A stretch of 64,000 nucleotides of DNA, from the NCBI RefSeq assembly GCF_006345805.1, contig NC_043000.1:27404001-27468000 (forward strand), written 5' to 3'. Origin of the DNA: Octopus sinensis. Taxonomy: Eukaryota. A model generated the notes under the pieces. The model worked only from the letters and a program-made list of their open reading frames with translations, ran no database searches and was not told the DNA's origin. How positions within the stretch are numbered: position 1 is the first letter of the stretch; every line of letters starts with the position of its first letter. Positions 51,146-64,000 of this stretch are shown here, one piece after another. Made by a program: the position numbers and the translations under genes.

Positions 51146-52069
51146 CATATACTCACAAACGCATGCTCACACACACACATATCAAAAAGCTTACATGATA
51201 CATACATCGATATACATGGAGTGTATTCGCGGAAATTACATGGGAGCATCATTGATTTGCAATGAACGTTGTTTCGAAATTCATGGCAACAACAATGAAC
51301 CACGTTCTGAAGCGGAACAACTGCGTTGAAATATATCGCTTGGTGATGTTTGTAAAGATATTCCTTTCAAACTTGAAGCCACCATAATATTTGGAAAGAT
51401 TATAAACAGAGTCTGCAGTCACGACAACACCTCTGAAGGAATCAAAAGCAGGAAAGTCGAATTGTATTAGTTGTAAAGTTGAAAACGAAATTGTAGAGTT
51501 TATTTTTCTTTAACATTTTAAATAAATCTTAGAAAATTATCCCCTCTTGTCTATCTGAACAAACGGCGAGTTTATTACGAAATGATCACATTGAACTTAA
51601 GTTATTTCAAGATAAAACAGTTACCTTAGCAAACATCTTTTTGTGTTTATAAGACAATTAAATGGTGTTTGTAATTATATTTCTGAAATGTAGAAAATTT
51701 GCAAACATTTTCGAACAACTGAGTTATCCAAAACAAAAATTACACATTGCGTCACAGCGGACTAGACTTCCGCTTTAACAATACGGAATTCTGCGTATAA
51801 AATAATATCATATATTCTACGAGCTGAAAGGAAAACGGTTATAAATAGCTGATATGTATTTTATGTGAAATATTTCAAGAAAATGTAATTTCGTTAATAA
51901 AATTTTTACTGCGGGACAGAATATATTTGTCTTCTATTAAGAGACTCAATAATTTTTTAACAATGATTAAAGCAATCAGGTGAATGTGTATGAAAGAGAG
52001 GTTATCTTTGTTTTAGATAATTGATGTTTGTCTATAAGCATTTCAAAAACCTTCGAAACAATATATTTT

Positions 52070-52225
52070 AGCATTATATACATTATTTACATTTGACGGA
52101 TATTTGTCCTCATTGTTTGTTGTTAACAGGACGTCAAATATCTGTCAAATTTAAATAATGTACATCATTTCTCATCTCTAAAATATAGAACAATATATTT
52201 GAGAGTCTAAAGTAAACAGGTAATA
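52070..52225. repeat. pLTR family 3 fragment (short internal inverted repeat)
   Basis: cattatttacatttgacggatatttgtcctcat matches 40620-40660. Confidence 0.6.
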
Positions 52226-55216
52226 GGATAAAAGTAAGTGCGAAAATGATACAAAAAAAATGCAAACAAATTGGATTGTTGATTTACAAGAGACTAACAG
52301 TTATGAGTGATTCTTTTAATATCTTAACACTGACTCTTCCAAGAAACGAGGGAAAATCGATGCAATCTTTAGAGTAGCAAAAGAGAATACTTGGGTATGA
52401 ATTTATCATACTCACACAGGAAGCAAAAGCTGAGAATGAAAAATATTAGGCATCAGAAAATTGTAACAGCAAAAAAAAAAAGCAATTAAAAGTGTATTTG
52501 AAACCAATCAACTGTTTAGAGTGATATGAACTGGTTATCAAGAATAGAGCAAACTATTTTGAGGAAAACATGGAGTCATTCTAATGAAAATATCTGGAGT
52601 AAGGAAAAGACTTTAAATATGATATAGCGTTAATAGCAGAAATTCCAAATAAATATTTTTCCAGCATTAAATCTTAAAGTATCAAAGCTAGTACTTCTGC
52701 AATCGGGACATTGCAACGGCGACATTGCAGCGGTGAATTAAATGACCAAGATAGAAAGAAATCTACGAGAAGGTACAGAATTGTCGGACGCTTGTTTATT
52801 GTCGGTCATTTTGAGTATTTTTACCAGTAAACATTTTATGGAATTTTAAAGACAAATTGGATGACGTTGTTAGAAACAAATCTAATGCGAAAAAATGGTA
52901 ATGACGATAATTTATCGATCGATTAGATGCCAAAAATTAATGAAAACGTAAAGAACTTGTCTGAACCTATTTATCTAGGATCACTGGGTGAGATACGATA
53001 TCACCGTAGAGGCTGGATATGAGTCGATGAAATTCTAATCAACAAACTTCTGATGCCATTGGCATAGTAGTAGATAACGAATTGTGTTTATCACGAATGT
53101 ATATATTTCACTTTCTCGGAGTTGCTACAGGAGACTCGATGTGCGAAAATCCAAAGATCATTTTCAAAGCCTTAAAAAAACCTTACCGTTATCCTGGACC
53201 ATTGCTCTGAGATTATCACTGGAAGTGATTTTATCGTTGCATATATGGCACAGTGCCGCAGTATAAGAGAGGTATATGTCACTAGTTCCTCTGAGATGCT
53301 GTTTAATTATTCAGTGAACTGCTTGTTCTTGTTAAGAAAACCTGCAAAATTCTCACAGGAAGACAGAAACGCCAACCCAACGCATAGCTTATGTGTGGAC
53401 AAAGCTGGCGTGAATGCTTAGAACACGATTACTATGAAAATGACAGGAATATCATCAATTCAATGTTGCATCATATGAATGTTGACAACATCATCAATTC
53501 GTGAAGTTTTGAGATGTTTCCATGGATTAAACTATGAATGCATAAAGTAAATATTATCATGTGATTTGTAGAGCTGCTCAAAAGATAACGAATGATACGC
53601 AAGGGAAATTATACTGCTTTCTCTCTATGAAACACCAGCGGAAATGCTTCTGTTTTTCATAAAACCATGCATGGCTATGTTATCAGAAATGTTCAAACTG
53701 ATAGTAACACAGATATCTAATGTCAAATTAATTGGATTACCATCCATTATATCAGTTCTCACTTTCAATAGTATGTTCTCGCAATCAAGAAAGAAGAAAA
53801 TGCACAAAAGGCATACGTGTGAAATTAAAACACTCAGATGCGTACAGAATAACTGCGTACAGAGTTAACATGGACGATGTAATCGAATAGTAATTAGACG
53901 TTTAATAATACATTCCTTACACTATCTTCCGATAAAAATTAATATTGTGCCTGACCAAACCATTAGAAGAAACAATCAAAGATTTAAATCTAGAATGTTA
54001 CAACGATGCATTACTTATGAAAAAATAATGGTGGAATGATCCACTGAGAGCTTTTGGAGAATCAAAGCATATTAAACCAGGTGTAGTGTTCTGGAATTGA
54101 GCAAAGAATGTATGTACATTCGTAGGGGTTTCTTACTAAGCAAAAAGTGAACATCATATTAAAACGTAAAGAAAATCATTTGTCCAGAAATAAAGATAAA
54201 TCTGTAGATACTACACAGAAATAAAAGCTTAGATTCATAACTGTAGTTATTAGGGCTGTTGGTTACGTAATTAAGTGCAGTAGCACAACCCTTCAGATTC
54301 AGGGCTTTATACGAACAGAAAGAAGCGGCATCATTAAGATATTAGAATCATATGTGAATATATCGAAAATATTCCATAATTTCAGATTCTAATAAATGCA
54401 TTTTTCTCCAGTCTCTACCTTCCATTGAGAATGTAAGTCTTCGGGGTAAAATGAAAATGAGAGAGAACAATAACGTCAATTACTTAGCACCATCGAACCT
54501 AAAGCAGAATTCCCCTTATATCTAGCGTGGCTATTGGGCCAGTGTTTTGTGTGCTGGCTCCGTTAAATTCCAGCTAAGTCTCATAACATGGCTAGATTCA
54601 CATTTCATGAATCTTTGTTGGTGAAGCCACACCATGATATTACACACACACACGCACACACAGAAACACTAACACACATGCGCGCACATTCACACACACA
54701 GACATGTATATGTGTATACATATACATATATCTTTATGTACATAATCCAATGTTCACCGAATTCATATATGCCAATGAAAGGAGTATTGAAACATTTTTT
54801 CTTGCAAACAGTGCTGGACAATATTGGTAATTAGTTTTTGCGTTACTGACACGTGAACCCTATATATCTAATACATTTTTATATACACAACTGCTAAGCT
54901 TTCTTGAATATTAAAGAATAGTAGACCGGGTTGTGTATAGCCAGACGAAAGTTCTCGGGCTAAACTGGTGAGTTGTTTAGTATTGGTGTGTGTGATGTCA
55001 ATTCACTAATCTTTCTCCCTTTAGAAAACGGATAAATATCACGTAATCTAATTTCCCTTCCTTATAAATGTGTGTCGTATGTATCAATGCGAAATCAATA
55101 TTATTCTTTCAATTTTATCGACAATCAAGTATTTTAATATAGTTCTCTCGCTTTCATTCCCTCTCTCACGCTCCCTCACCCTCTCTCTCTCTGTCTATGT
55201 GTCTCTCTCTCTCTCC

Positions 55217-55247
<31 letters not shown>

Positions 55248-55260
55248 ATACATATATATA

Positions 55261-55291
<31 letters not shown>

Positions 55292-55326
55292 CATACAAAC
55301 ACATGCTCACACATTTATATATTAAG

Positions 55327-55357
<31 letters not shown>

Positions 55358-56110
55358 CACGTACACATATATACACACATCTATAAATATTCCTTAATGT
55401 ATATATACGTATGTTCACAGAGAGAGAGTGGGGGAAAGGCGAGAGTGCGGGGAGACAGAGAGGAGACTTTACGTGTTCAAAGTGATGTTTGTTTGGAAGA
55501 GAGTAATAAAAAGTAAAGTCGATTTTGTTTATAGCAAAGTTATGTGTTTGCCTTTAAATCAAAATAAAACTTTTAATTTGAAACAACAATTTAGACAGTT
55601 TTGACTGACAGAAATAACAGATTGACAGCGAATGAATAAAGACTGGCATATTGACAGAAACAATAAACCCATGTATCTTAAATTGCTATCCTTCTTTCAA
55701 GCAATTATTTTCTAAAAATCGGATTTAAGCCAATTATTTTACAATGAGTACATTATTTTCATGTCATTTTATTTTTATTCGTTGTTTTTTGTTACGCTTC
55801 TTTGGATTATTTTGAACTCCTATACAAATTGGTTTATTAGGTATTTCAGTTAAAACTATACTTATGCTAAATACTTACTGATATTGATCTGCCTCGGCAC
55901 CGATTTTGTAGTGTCATTTATTAGACCAATGTTTCACAGGAAAAGGTTGGAGAATAGACCAGCGGTGGGTAACAATATTTTGGCGTAGCCTGTATTATTT
56001 CAAAACAGGTGGTACGCAATCGACAATTCAATAAAATTTTCGATGACTCTTCACTAAAACTTTATCTTGAATATATATGTTGGCGTATGTGTATGTGTGT
56101 GTGTATGTGG

Positions 56111-56323
56111 GAGGGGTGTTGAAAAGTTCCTGGTTTTGGGTAAAAGAAAATAAAGAGAATCGGTTAATTATGATTTTATGCAATATATTTCCCTCTCAGA
56201 TTTACGCATTTATTGCAGCTGTCCTTCAGTTTTCATAAAACCTGTAAAAGAACTCGGAGGTTTGGCTTTCGACCAGCCCTTCCGCGATATCCTTAAAGCC
56301 AGGAACTTTTCAACGCCCTTTCT
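56111..56323. mobile_element. mariner-type MITE
   Basis: TIRs gaggggtgttgaaaagttcctgg / ccaggaacttttcaacgccctttct|TA. Confidence 0.85.
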
Positions 56324-56352
56324 TATACATACTAATATATATATATATATAT

Positions 56353-56400
<48 letters not shown>

Positions 56401-56497
56401 CGGGAAGCTTTATGAAAATAAACAAAAGACGAAGGCAGTGGAAAACAAACGAACAATTGTATTAGTATGGCGCTCAGGAAATATAAATAAAACAAGT

Positions 56498-56533
56498 CTT
56501 TAACGTTTCGAGCCTACGCTCTTCAACAGAAAG
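56498..56533 (-). ncRNA. Hammerhead-like motif with variant core (CUGUUGA)
   Basis: cuuu-CUGUUGA-a-GAGC(guag)GCUC-GAAACGUU-aaag. Confidence 0.55.
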
Positions 56534-56714
56534 ATACACAGAGAGAGAAAAACACAGAAAGAAGGAGAGAAAAAAAATGCGTGCAGTAGCTAACGAATCA
56601 ACATGGCGATCTGATTTCGGCCAGAGGTCAAAGATCAAACATGAGACGCGAGAGCGAAATAAGGGGAGATAATAGGGTTGATAAAAGGGTTGAGGGACCA
56701 GCTAAAAGTGCGTG

Positions 56715-57045
56715 GGAGGGGTCTGGATGTGTGTATGTATAGGGTTGGTGTATGTATTAGTATGTATAAGGTGGTGTGTGTGTGTTGTGTGTGTGTATGA
56801 GAGAGTATTAGTGCGTAAGATTGGTCTGGACGTGCGTATGTATGGGTTGGTGTATGTATTAGTATGTATTAGTATGTATTAGTACGTATTGGTATGTATA
56901 GGTGTGTGTGTGTGTGTGTGTGAGAGAGTATAAGTGCGTATGCGGGGTCTGGACGTGTGTATGTATAGGGTTGGTGTAAGTATTAGTATGTACTGGTATG
57001 TATTAGTACGTATAGTATGTATTAGTTGGTGTGTGTATTAGTATG
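56715..57045. repeat. Three ~115-bp tandem units in the PLE 3'UTR
   Basis: Recurring ggtctgga(c/t)gtg...gggttggtgtatgtattagtatgta. Confidence 0.85.
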
Positions 57046-59006
57046 GCACATCATATGTGATGTGATGTGTAAAGTCATGTGGTGTAGTGAGGAGAAGAGG
57101 GGGAGGGGGAGAAGAGGGGGGAGGCGAGGGGGAAGAGAGAGGAGGGGGAGAAGGAGGGGGAGGAAAGGGGGAAGAGGAGAGGATGGGGGAGAGGAAGGGG
57201 AGGAGGGGGATGAAGGAGGAAAGAGGAGAGGGGGAGAGAGGGAGTGGGGGAGCAGAGGGAAGGGGAAGAGGGAGGGAGAAAGAGGGAAGAAGGGAAGGGG
57301 AGTAGGGGTTAAAGGATGAAGACTGAGAAGTAAGGGGTGGGGTCGGGGGGAGAAAGGATAGGTGAGGAGGGGGGGTTAGATGAGGAGGGGGGAGAGTTGA
57401 GACCAAATGGCGTATAAGAGCGAAGAGAGAAGATTAATTCCTGTTCACGGCGCAAACGGGAATCCGGATGGCCTCTGTGTAAGGACAAACCGAACACAGA
57501 TGGTGTTTGCAAGGAGTGACCGGTGGAGCGGAAATGGCGTGAGACCGGTGTGTCGTTCGCAAGGTGGATGTCACGAAGGTGTTCCGCGAACCGGTCAGCC
57601 AAGCGGCGTCCCGTTTGTCCGATGTACAGGAATTGCAGAGAGAGCAAGAGATGCAATAGATAATTTGCTGGAGGTGCAGGTGAAGGAGTGGATGATGGGA
57701 TAGGGTCGATGGTGGGTGCTAGTGAGGCGGGTGGTGTTGGAGAGGTAAGGGCAAGTGCGGCAACGTGGGCGGGAGCAGGGGAACGAGCCGGGTTGGGAGG
57801 TAGGGTCAGGGAAGGAGCTATGGACCAAAAGGTCTCGAAGGTTGTGGGCTCGTTTGAAAGAGGGGAGGGGTCGGTTAGGGAAGAGGTGTGAAGTGGACGG
57901 GTCGGACTGGAGATGACGGAAAGCTCGAAGAATGGTGCGTTGGAGACGTAGGGTCGTGGGGTGGTAAGTGAGGGGATAAGGGAGGCGGGAGACTACAGGG
58001 CGGGTTCGGGGAGAGAGAGCAGATACACGGTCCACGGACCGTGCCCTGGCAAGGGCGGTGTGGATAGTGGTGAGGGGGTATCCACGTAGGGTGAAGTGGT
58101 GAGCCATACGTTGAGACTGAGTCTCAAAGTCATGGTCGTCACTACAGAGCCTACGTAGACGGAGGAATTGGGAATAGGGGATGGAAAGCTTGGTGTGTTC
58201 TGGGTGGAGAAGAGAAGTTGAGGTATGAGTGTGAGTCTGTGTGTTGTAGTGAATGGAGGTGGTAAGAGTGGAGTGAAGAATGCTAACCGAAATGTCGAGG
58301 AAGGAGACAGAGGTGTTGGAGATAGTGGAAGTGAAGTGGAGGGCTGGATGGAAAGATTGGACGAAAGAGAGGAAGGAATCTAGATGTTCGCGGGAGAGTG
58401 AGGTGGCACCGATAATGTCGTCAATATAACGACCATATAGTTCAGGAGTGGGACCAGTGAAATTAGAGAATATTTGGGCCTCAACAAGCCAACGAACAGG
58501 TTCGCATAGTTGGGGCCTATTCGCGTTCCCATGGCCACTCCCGAGACCTGATGGTAGAACTCGCCCGCGAACGAGAAGCAGTTCAGAGTAAGGACAAGTT
58601 CGGCCAGACGAATGAGTGTGGAGGTGTCAGGTACAGGGTTAGAGCGGAGGTCAAGAAAGTGTCGAAGGGCCTGCAGTCCTTCGTGGTGAGGGATAACAGT
58701 ATAGAGGCTTTGGATGTCCATAGTAAAAAGGATTTTGGAGGAACCGGGAGGAAAGGAGAACGAGTTGAAAAGCCGGAGAGCATGGTTGGTATCGTGGATG
58801 TGGGAGGGAAGAGATGCCACTAGGGGGGCAAGGACACGGTCGAGGTATTTAGAGATGAGCTCGGTGGGGCAGTTATATATATATATATATTAAAAAGGAC
58901 AGTAAACATTAAGACGAGGCAAACATCTCGAGTTATATGCAATATTACTACAGGAAGAAACTCAGAGTAGCAGATTTTGTAGAATTTTCTGCTGCTTTAA
59001 ATAAAG

Positions 59007-59039
<33 letters not shown>

Positions 59040-59349
59040 ATATATATATATATATGTGTGTATATATACACACATAAATATATACATATACCTATACATA
59101 TATATTTACCGATTTAGGTACCGATATTGTTGTACATAGGGTAAATGTGTTTGAAACTTGTGATTTCTTTGGCATGTTTGTTCCCAAGCAACACTTATTT
59201 TAGTAATGTTGACAACACCAGATTGAATGCTACAGCCCAGGTGTCGAAACCATAAGGATATCCGCGGGGAAGCTGATAAGGAATGTACGTTGGATTGTTG
59301 GTGTGGCTGTTTTTGTATATGTGGTATAGTGTAATAACACATCCGTTTG

Positions 59350-59360
59350 ATATATATATT

Positions 59361-59427
<67 letters not shown>

Positions 59428-59600
59428 GTATCAATATACATATATATATTATATATATACATATACATATATATTTATATATATTTATATATATACATAT
59501 ATACATATACATATATATATATATATACATGCATACATGCTTACATACATATATATATATATATGTGTATGTGTGTGTTTGTGTGTGTATGTGTGTATTC
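59350..59600. repeat. (TA)n microsatellite
   Basis: Direct reading. Confidence 0.95.
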
Positions 59601-59789
59601 TAACCTGGTCAAAGAACTAAGAATTTCTTGTATTTGCTGGCGAACAATTCTTCCAGATGAAGGTTTACTCTCTTTAGAGCTGAAAATTTGCCGTTCACTG
59701 AAATTTGAAGAAACTATAACAGGTAAAATTATGAAGGCGTAAGGTGTGTTGTGTGTGTGGGGGGGGTGATGGACGGGGAAGCTGGGCGG

Positions 59790-60400
59790 CTGTAAACAAA
59801 GTCAAGGCCTAGTAATTTCTGCAACGTCAACAATATGTGTGCACTGTAGCATTGTTATGATGAAAGGCAATACCCTTAGGATTAACAGTGCTGGACGCTT
59901 CGGTGGATCGCTGTATTCCATTTGTGTTGTTGGTCACAGTAAACATCCGGAGTAATGATTCTGCGCATTGGAGCAAGCTAGTGAATGTCAACACCCTTCG
60001 GGAGTATGTTTGTTGTAGTTCGCTGCGCTTCCTTCGTGATCCTTTGGTTTCACATTGTTATAGGCGATCTATTTTTCGTCTCGTCACCATTCACTTCAAA
60101 AATGAATTGTCTCCTTTAATTTTGTTCAACGAATCAGAAATGGGAAATGGAACACATTCAGCGAAGTTATCTTCATTCAGTTGATGTTGGACAAAAACGG
60201 CGAGGCTGTTGACTTAACGAAGCTGATACAGATGGTTTCGAACACTTGATTTGGATATTTGGAGCATATTTGCGATGATCCAGGTCGTATTATGGGGTTC
60301 GTCGTCAACTAATATCTTCATCTAGTCGGTGTTAATTTCAGTTGGCGGGTCCCTAAAAATATATTAGTTCGATATCTTGAAACCACGTTTGGTACTCAGG
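59790..60400 (-). mobile_element. mariner transposase remnant
   Basis: ILVDDEPHNTTWIIANMLQISKSSVRNHLYQL and KGIAFHHNNATVHT (degenerate FHHDNA motif). Confidence 0.7.
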
Positions 60401-60440
60401 ATCTGTAGCAACATCTCCGTACACTGCGGATATCGATATC

Positions 60441-60740
60441 TTGTTTCGGACGAGCAAATCGACCCCAGGACATAGGTTCAATTCCCGGCGATGCGTTGTG
60501 TCCTTAAGACAGACACCTTATTTGATGTTGCTCCAGTCCACTCAGCTGGCAAGAACGAGTGGTACCTTATTTCAAAGGGCCAGCCTTTTCACACCCTGTG
60601 TCAGGTTCAATGTCTCTGAGAACTACATTAAGGCTGCACGTGTCTGTGGAGTACTCAGCCACTTGCACGTTAATTTCACGAGCAGGTTGTTCCGTTGATG
60701 AGATCAACTAGAACCCTAGTCGTCGTAACCGACGGAGTAC
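60441..60740 (+). mobile_element. SINE family S3
   Basis: ggttcaattccc B box; CORE-like tgtgtccttaagacagacacc; tail cgtcgtaaccgacggag. Confidence 0.8.
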
Positions 60741-60794
<54 letters not shown>

Positions 60795-61623
60795 CTCAAG
60801 CACAAAGTCAATTGTATGTCCTTATCTAGCAAGATTTGGGAACTGAATGAAAGCAGGATCGAATCTAGGCTTAAATTGGAAATAATACGAAATACGGAAA
60901 GAGCAGCCTTATAGTCGATACGGGTGTGAGAAATGCTCTATGGAAACTTATAAGATTTTTTCGTATAGGGACGAGAACAACCTAATTAATAATAGATTAG
61001 ACCTAAGGTTATCATGTATGCATAACGTCACCCTTACATTTAAGTATTTTCAAAATTAGCGATTATAGGTGCCATACGTGAACTTTGATGATGGAAATAA
61101 ATTTTGGTGTCGTATCTGTTGTAAAATTACCCACTAGTATTCAATATAATAAAATCATGAGATATTATGTTATATAGTGAAGGCATATGTTATAAGCTAT
61201 ATGTTATGTGGTGTGCTATATGTATTTACTAACCCATGATAACTTCTGCCTAATTAGTATGACTTCATCATATTTTGGTGATTAAACTATTTGTTCCTTT
61301 CCATGATTTTTTACCCTAATGATCATGTTATGTATATTTGTAATGGCTTTTATGTAAGTAAATCTCCTAATTATATACCCCCTAGAAACTGTAAAATCAT
61401 ATACATAACAGCACCGGTAACATTACAACTTATAAAATCTCTCCGGTCGAAATACTTCTAACTGCCCACACTACACCCAGGCCTCCTACCTCCTCTTTTT
61501 CGGTTACCTTTATATCTTGCCTACCTGAAGTTTTAATACCTTGTCTCTTTAAATGTAGATTATACGTATTTCATATTATTTTCTATAATTTTTTATTATT
61601 TTGTTTTCTTACTTTGATATCCT

Positions 61624-61920
61624 TACCTATTAACCTCTTATCCCTTATAAGTTGTTACTGTTCTTAAATAGAGATTTTTCAGATACTTAGGTCTATGCGA
61701 GATGGTTATACTATATCCATATAAACGTATAAATATTTGTGTATGTGTATATATGCATATATGTGCATAACCTATTAACCTCTTATCCCTAATAAATTGT
61801 TATTTTACTTGTTCGTAAATCGATATTTTTCCGCTCCTTAAGCCTATGGGAGATGGTTATACTATATCCATATAAGCGTATAGATATTTGTGTATGTGTA
61901 TGCATTCATGTGTGTACATA
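61624..61920. repeat. Two-copy ~145-bp direct repeat
   Basis: acctattaacctcttatccct...gagatggttatactatatccatataa at 61624 and 61770. Confidence 0.85.
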
Positions 61921-62212
61921 GATAAATATGTGTGTGTATCTGTACACATCTTTATTTTTTCCTGATTCTTGGCTTATAATTAATATATAGAGAGCATGTT
62001 TATTTTTCCAGTATTGCATAAGTAAATGCCCTGGGCAGTCTTTATAGAAACCACCTAATAAGTAAATATTAATTACAGTAAATGAATATTAAACTGATAC
62101 TATGTAATTTTTCCTTTTTAAAGTTGATAATTGATATATACACATATTTTACCTATTTTGGTTATGATATCATTTTTCATAATCTTAAATTTAATTTTTA
62201 CACAACATAACA

Positions 62213-62239
<27 letters not shown>

Positions 62240-62258
<19 letters not shown>

Positions 62259-62435
62259 TATCTATTTATTCCCCACCACCGCTTGATAACCGTTGTTTTC
62301 GTGCTTACCCTCATTCACAGGTATCTTAGTGGTTCAACAAAAGTGGCCGATAGAATAAGTACCAGGTTTAAAACGAAAAAACCACTACTGGCGGCTATTT
62401 GTTCGCCGTTCATGACCGCATTTCAATGACTGAAT
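62240..62435 (+). mobile_element. SINE family S1, 3' half, decayed
   Basis: cgcttgataaccg...gatagaataagtaccagg. Confidence 0.65.
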
Positions 62436-63534
62436 GCAAAAGTTTACTCAAGACACTATTATATTACATTCAACATAGAATCTATTGGTTATTTGTTATG
62501 TAGAATCACTGATGATTTATGTCCTATTAAAGCCATAGTAAATATAAGCATTTTTTAGTTTCGTAACCGTTCAAATCCCGAGTCGTATTTGCATTCCGTT
62601 CACCCACGAACCACGAAATAAGTATGCTGTGATCTATATACACGGCCGCGATGCCAAGATGTAACACAACAGAAAATAATTCTTGAAACCTGTGTTTGAA
62701 AGTATGTACTTTAAACTGAGTAACAAAACACAATTCGCATAAATTTCTTTTGAATTATTTTCATATAAATTTACTCAATTAGATATATAAAATTCATGAA
62801 GGTGAATCGTGATGGAAATTTTCATAAGAATATAAGATAAAGATAACAAAGCAGAAATTTTCAGCATTTCATTTTATTTTATTCTTACGAAAGAAGGTTT
62901 GGCTTTTGAATATAAATTTATTTTATTACTTTCTTCAAATGATTTTACCAATTGATTTACAGTATTAATTCCATTTTCATTTTAATCATGCATTTATGGT
63001 GGAATTCCTTAGCAACGGCCGACTTCATTTCTTCAGATGGTAGAAACAATTACCAGCATTTAAACATGTTTTTCAACACCAGAAAACGTGAAAGCCTGGG
63101 TTGATAATGGAAATATGCTCTTATAGGTTCAAATAGCTGGAAATATTGTTGTCAGGTATATTTTATATAATACAATATAATATAATATAATAAATATAAT
63201 ATAATATAATAAATATAATATATATATATATATATAATGCATCAGCTTATAGAAAATAATATTTCGGAAATGGTTCAGAATAGAATGACATCACACATTG
63301 CATCGCCAAAAGATATGCATACACACAAAATCGCACACACCTACCCACACACAAATACATACATACATAGATATATATACAAACATACACACAAATGCTC
63401 ATACAAACACATACATACACATACAAAAATGCGCACGCACACAGACAAAGACACATCCACACTTTTACACACACAGGTATACACGTTCCAATGTCCGATG
63501 AAAACTAGCAAGCCGAACCTTCTGTGCTTCTCTC

Positions 63535-63712
63535 ATCTATTTTAACAACCGATGCTGGTGTGTTTACGTGCCCGAAACTTATCGGTTCGGCAAAAGAGAC
63601 CAATAGAATAAGTACTATGCTTACAAAGAATAAGTCCTGGGCTTGATTTGCTCGACTAAACGCGGTGCTTCAGCATGGCCACAGCCACATGACAGAAACA
63701 AGTAAAAGAGTA
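63535..63712 (+). mobile_element. SINE family S1, 3' half
   Basis: caaccgatgctggtgtgtttacgt...gcggtgcttcagcatggccacag...gtaaaagagtaa. Confidence 0.85.
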
Positions 63713-64000
63713 ATATATATATATATTCGCAATACTTTTTTCGTTCGGCGTTAACAGCCCTTCTTATCTTGTTTTTCCTTGTCCTGTTTTTTACTGTTTA
63801 TAATTTGTACTGTCGTTACTGTCCTGTTTTTGTTACCATTTTTTACCCCTCTGCGAAAAGATCTCAGAATTTTAATTGATTTGCTTTTCGCAGGAAGGAA
63901 AGTTTCTTGTCGAAGATACGTCTCGCTTTTATCCTTCGAAACGTAGAGTAGATGAAACCATAGCGACTGAAGAAGAGTTTTTTTTCTTTGTGTTAATTGT

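Larger units (their letters stand above)
56400..58866 (-). mobile_element. Penelope-like element (RT + GIY-YIG), 5'-truncated and frameshifted, with 3' pLTR
   Basis: LFTMDIQSLYTVIPH, GVAMGT, YGRYIDDI, IPYSQFLRLRRLCS, Cys linker CSRPRCRTC, YIGQTGRRLADRFAEH, REQELIFSL; CT-rich UTR; pLTR 56400-56610. Confidence 0.95.

Overview
AT-rich, microsatellite-saturated eukaryotic non-coding DNA. The SINE families and the repeat load point to a coleoid cephalopod, probably Octopus; this is inference, not a database result. I cannot identify a host protein-coding gene with confidence. Almost all ORFs in the supplied track are translations of microsatellites or fragments of decayed transposons. The recognisable content is retroelements and DNA transposons. 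Retroelements: a frameshifted CR1-group LINE with APE and RT domains (~29.8-33.0 kb, minus), a 5'-truncated Penelope-like element (PLE) with RT and GIY-YIG domains (56.4-58.9 kb, minus), 3' fragments of CR1, RTE and L1/Tx1 LINEs, an internal R4-type fragment, and three tRNA-derived SINE families. DNA transposons: several Tc1/mariner remnants and MITEs, and a Helitron-type 3' end. The most interesting signal is a set of minimal type I hammerhead ribozyme motifs (CUGANGA...GAAA...GUH with a palindromic helix III). They sit in at least four different PLE-type terminal-repeat families, often as inverted or fold-back pairs. Two copies of one family show compensatory changes, one copy has a single catalytic-core substitution, one family has a variant core, and one composite joins a tRNA-like head, (TAA)n and a hammerhead-bearing repeat. 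Also notable: a SINE/LINE pair sharing a 3' tail, a Tx1-like insertion inside an (ATCT)n array, and a few low-confidence candidate micro-exons.
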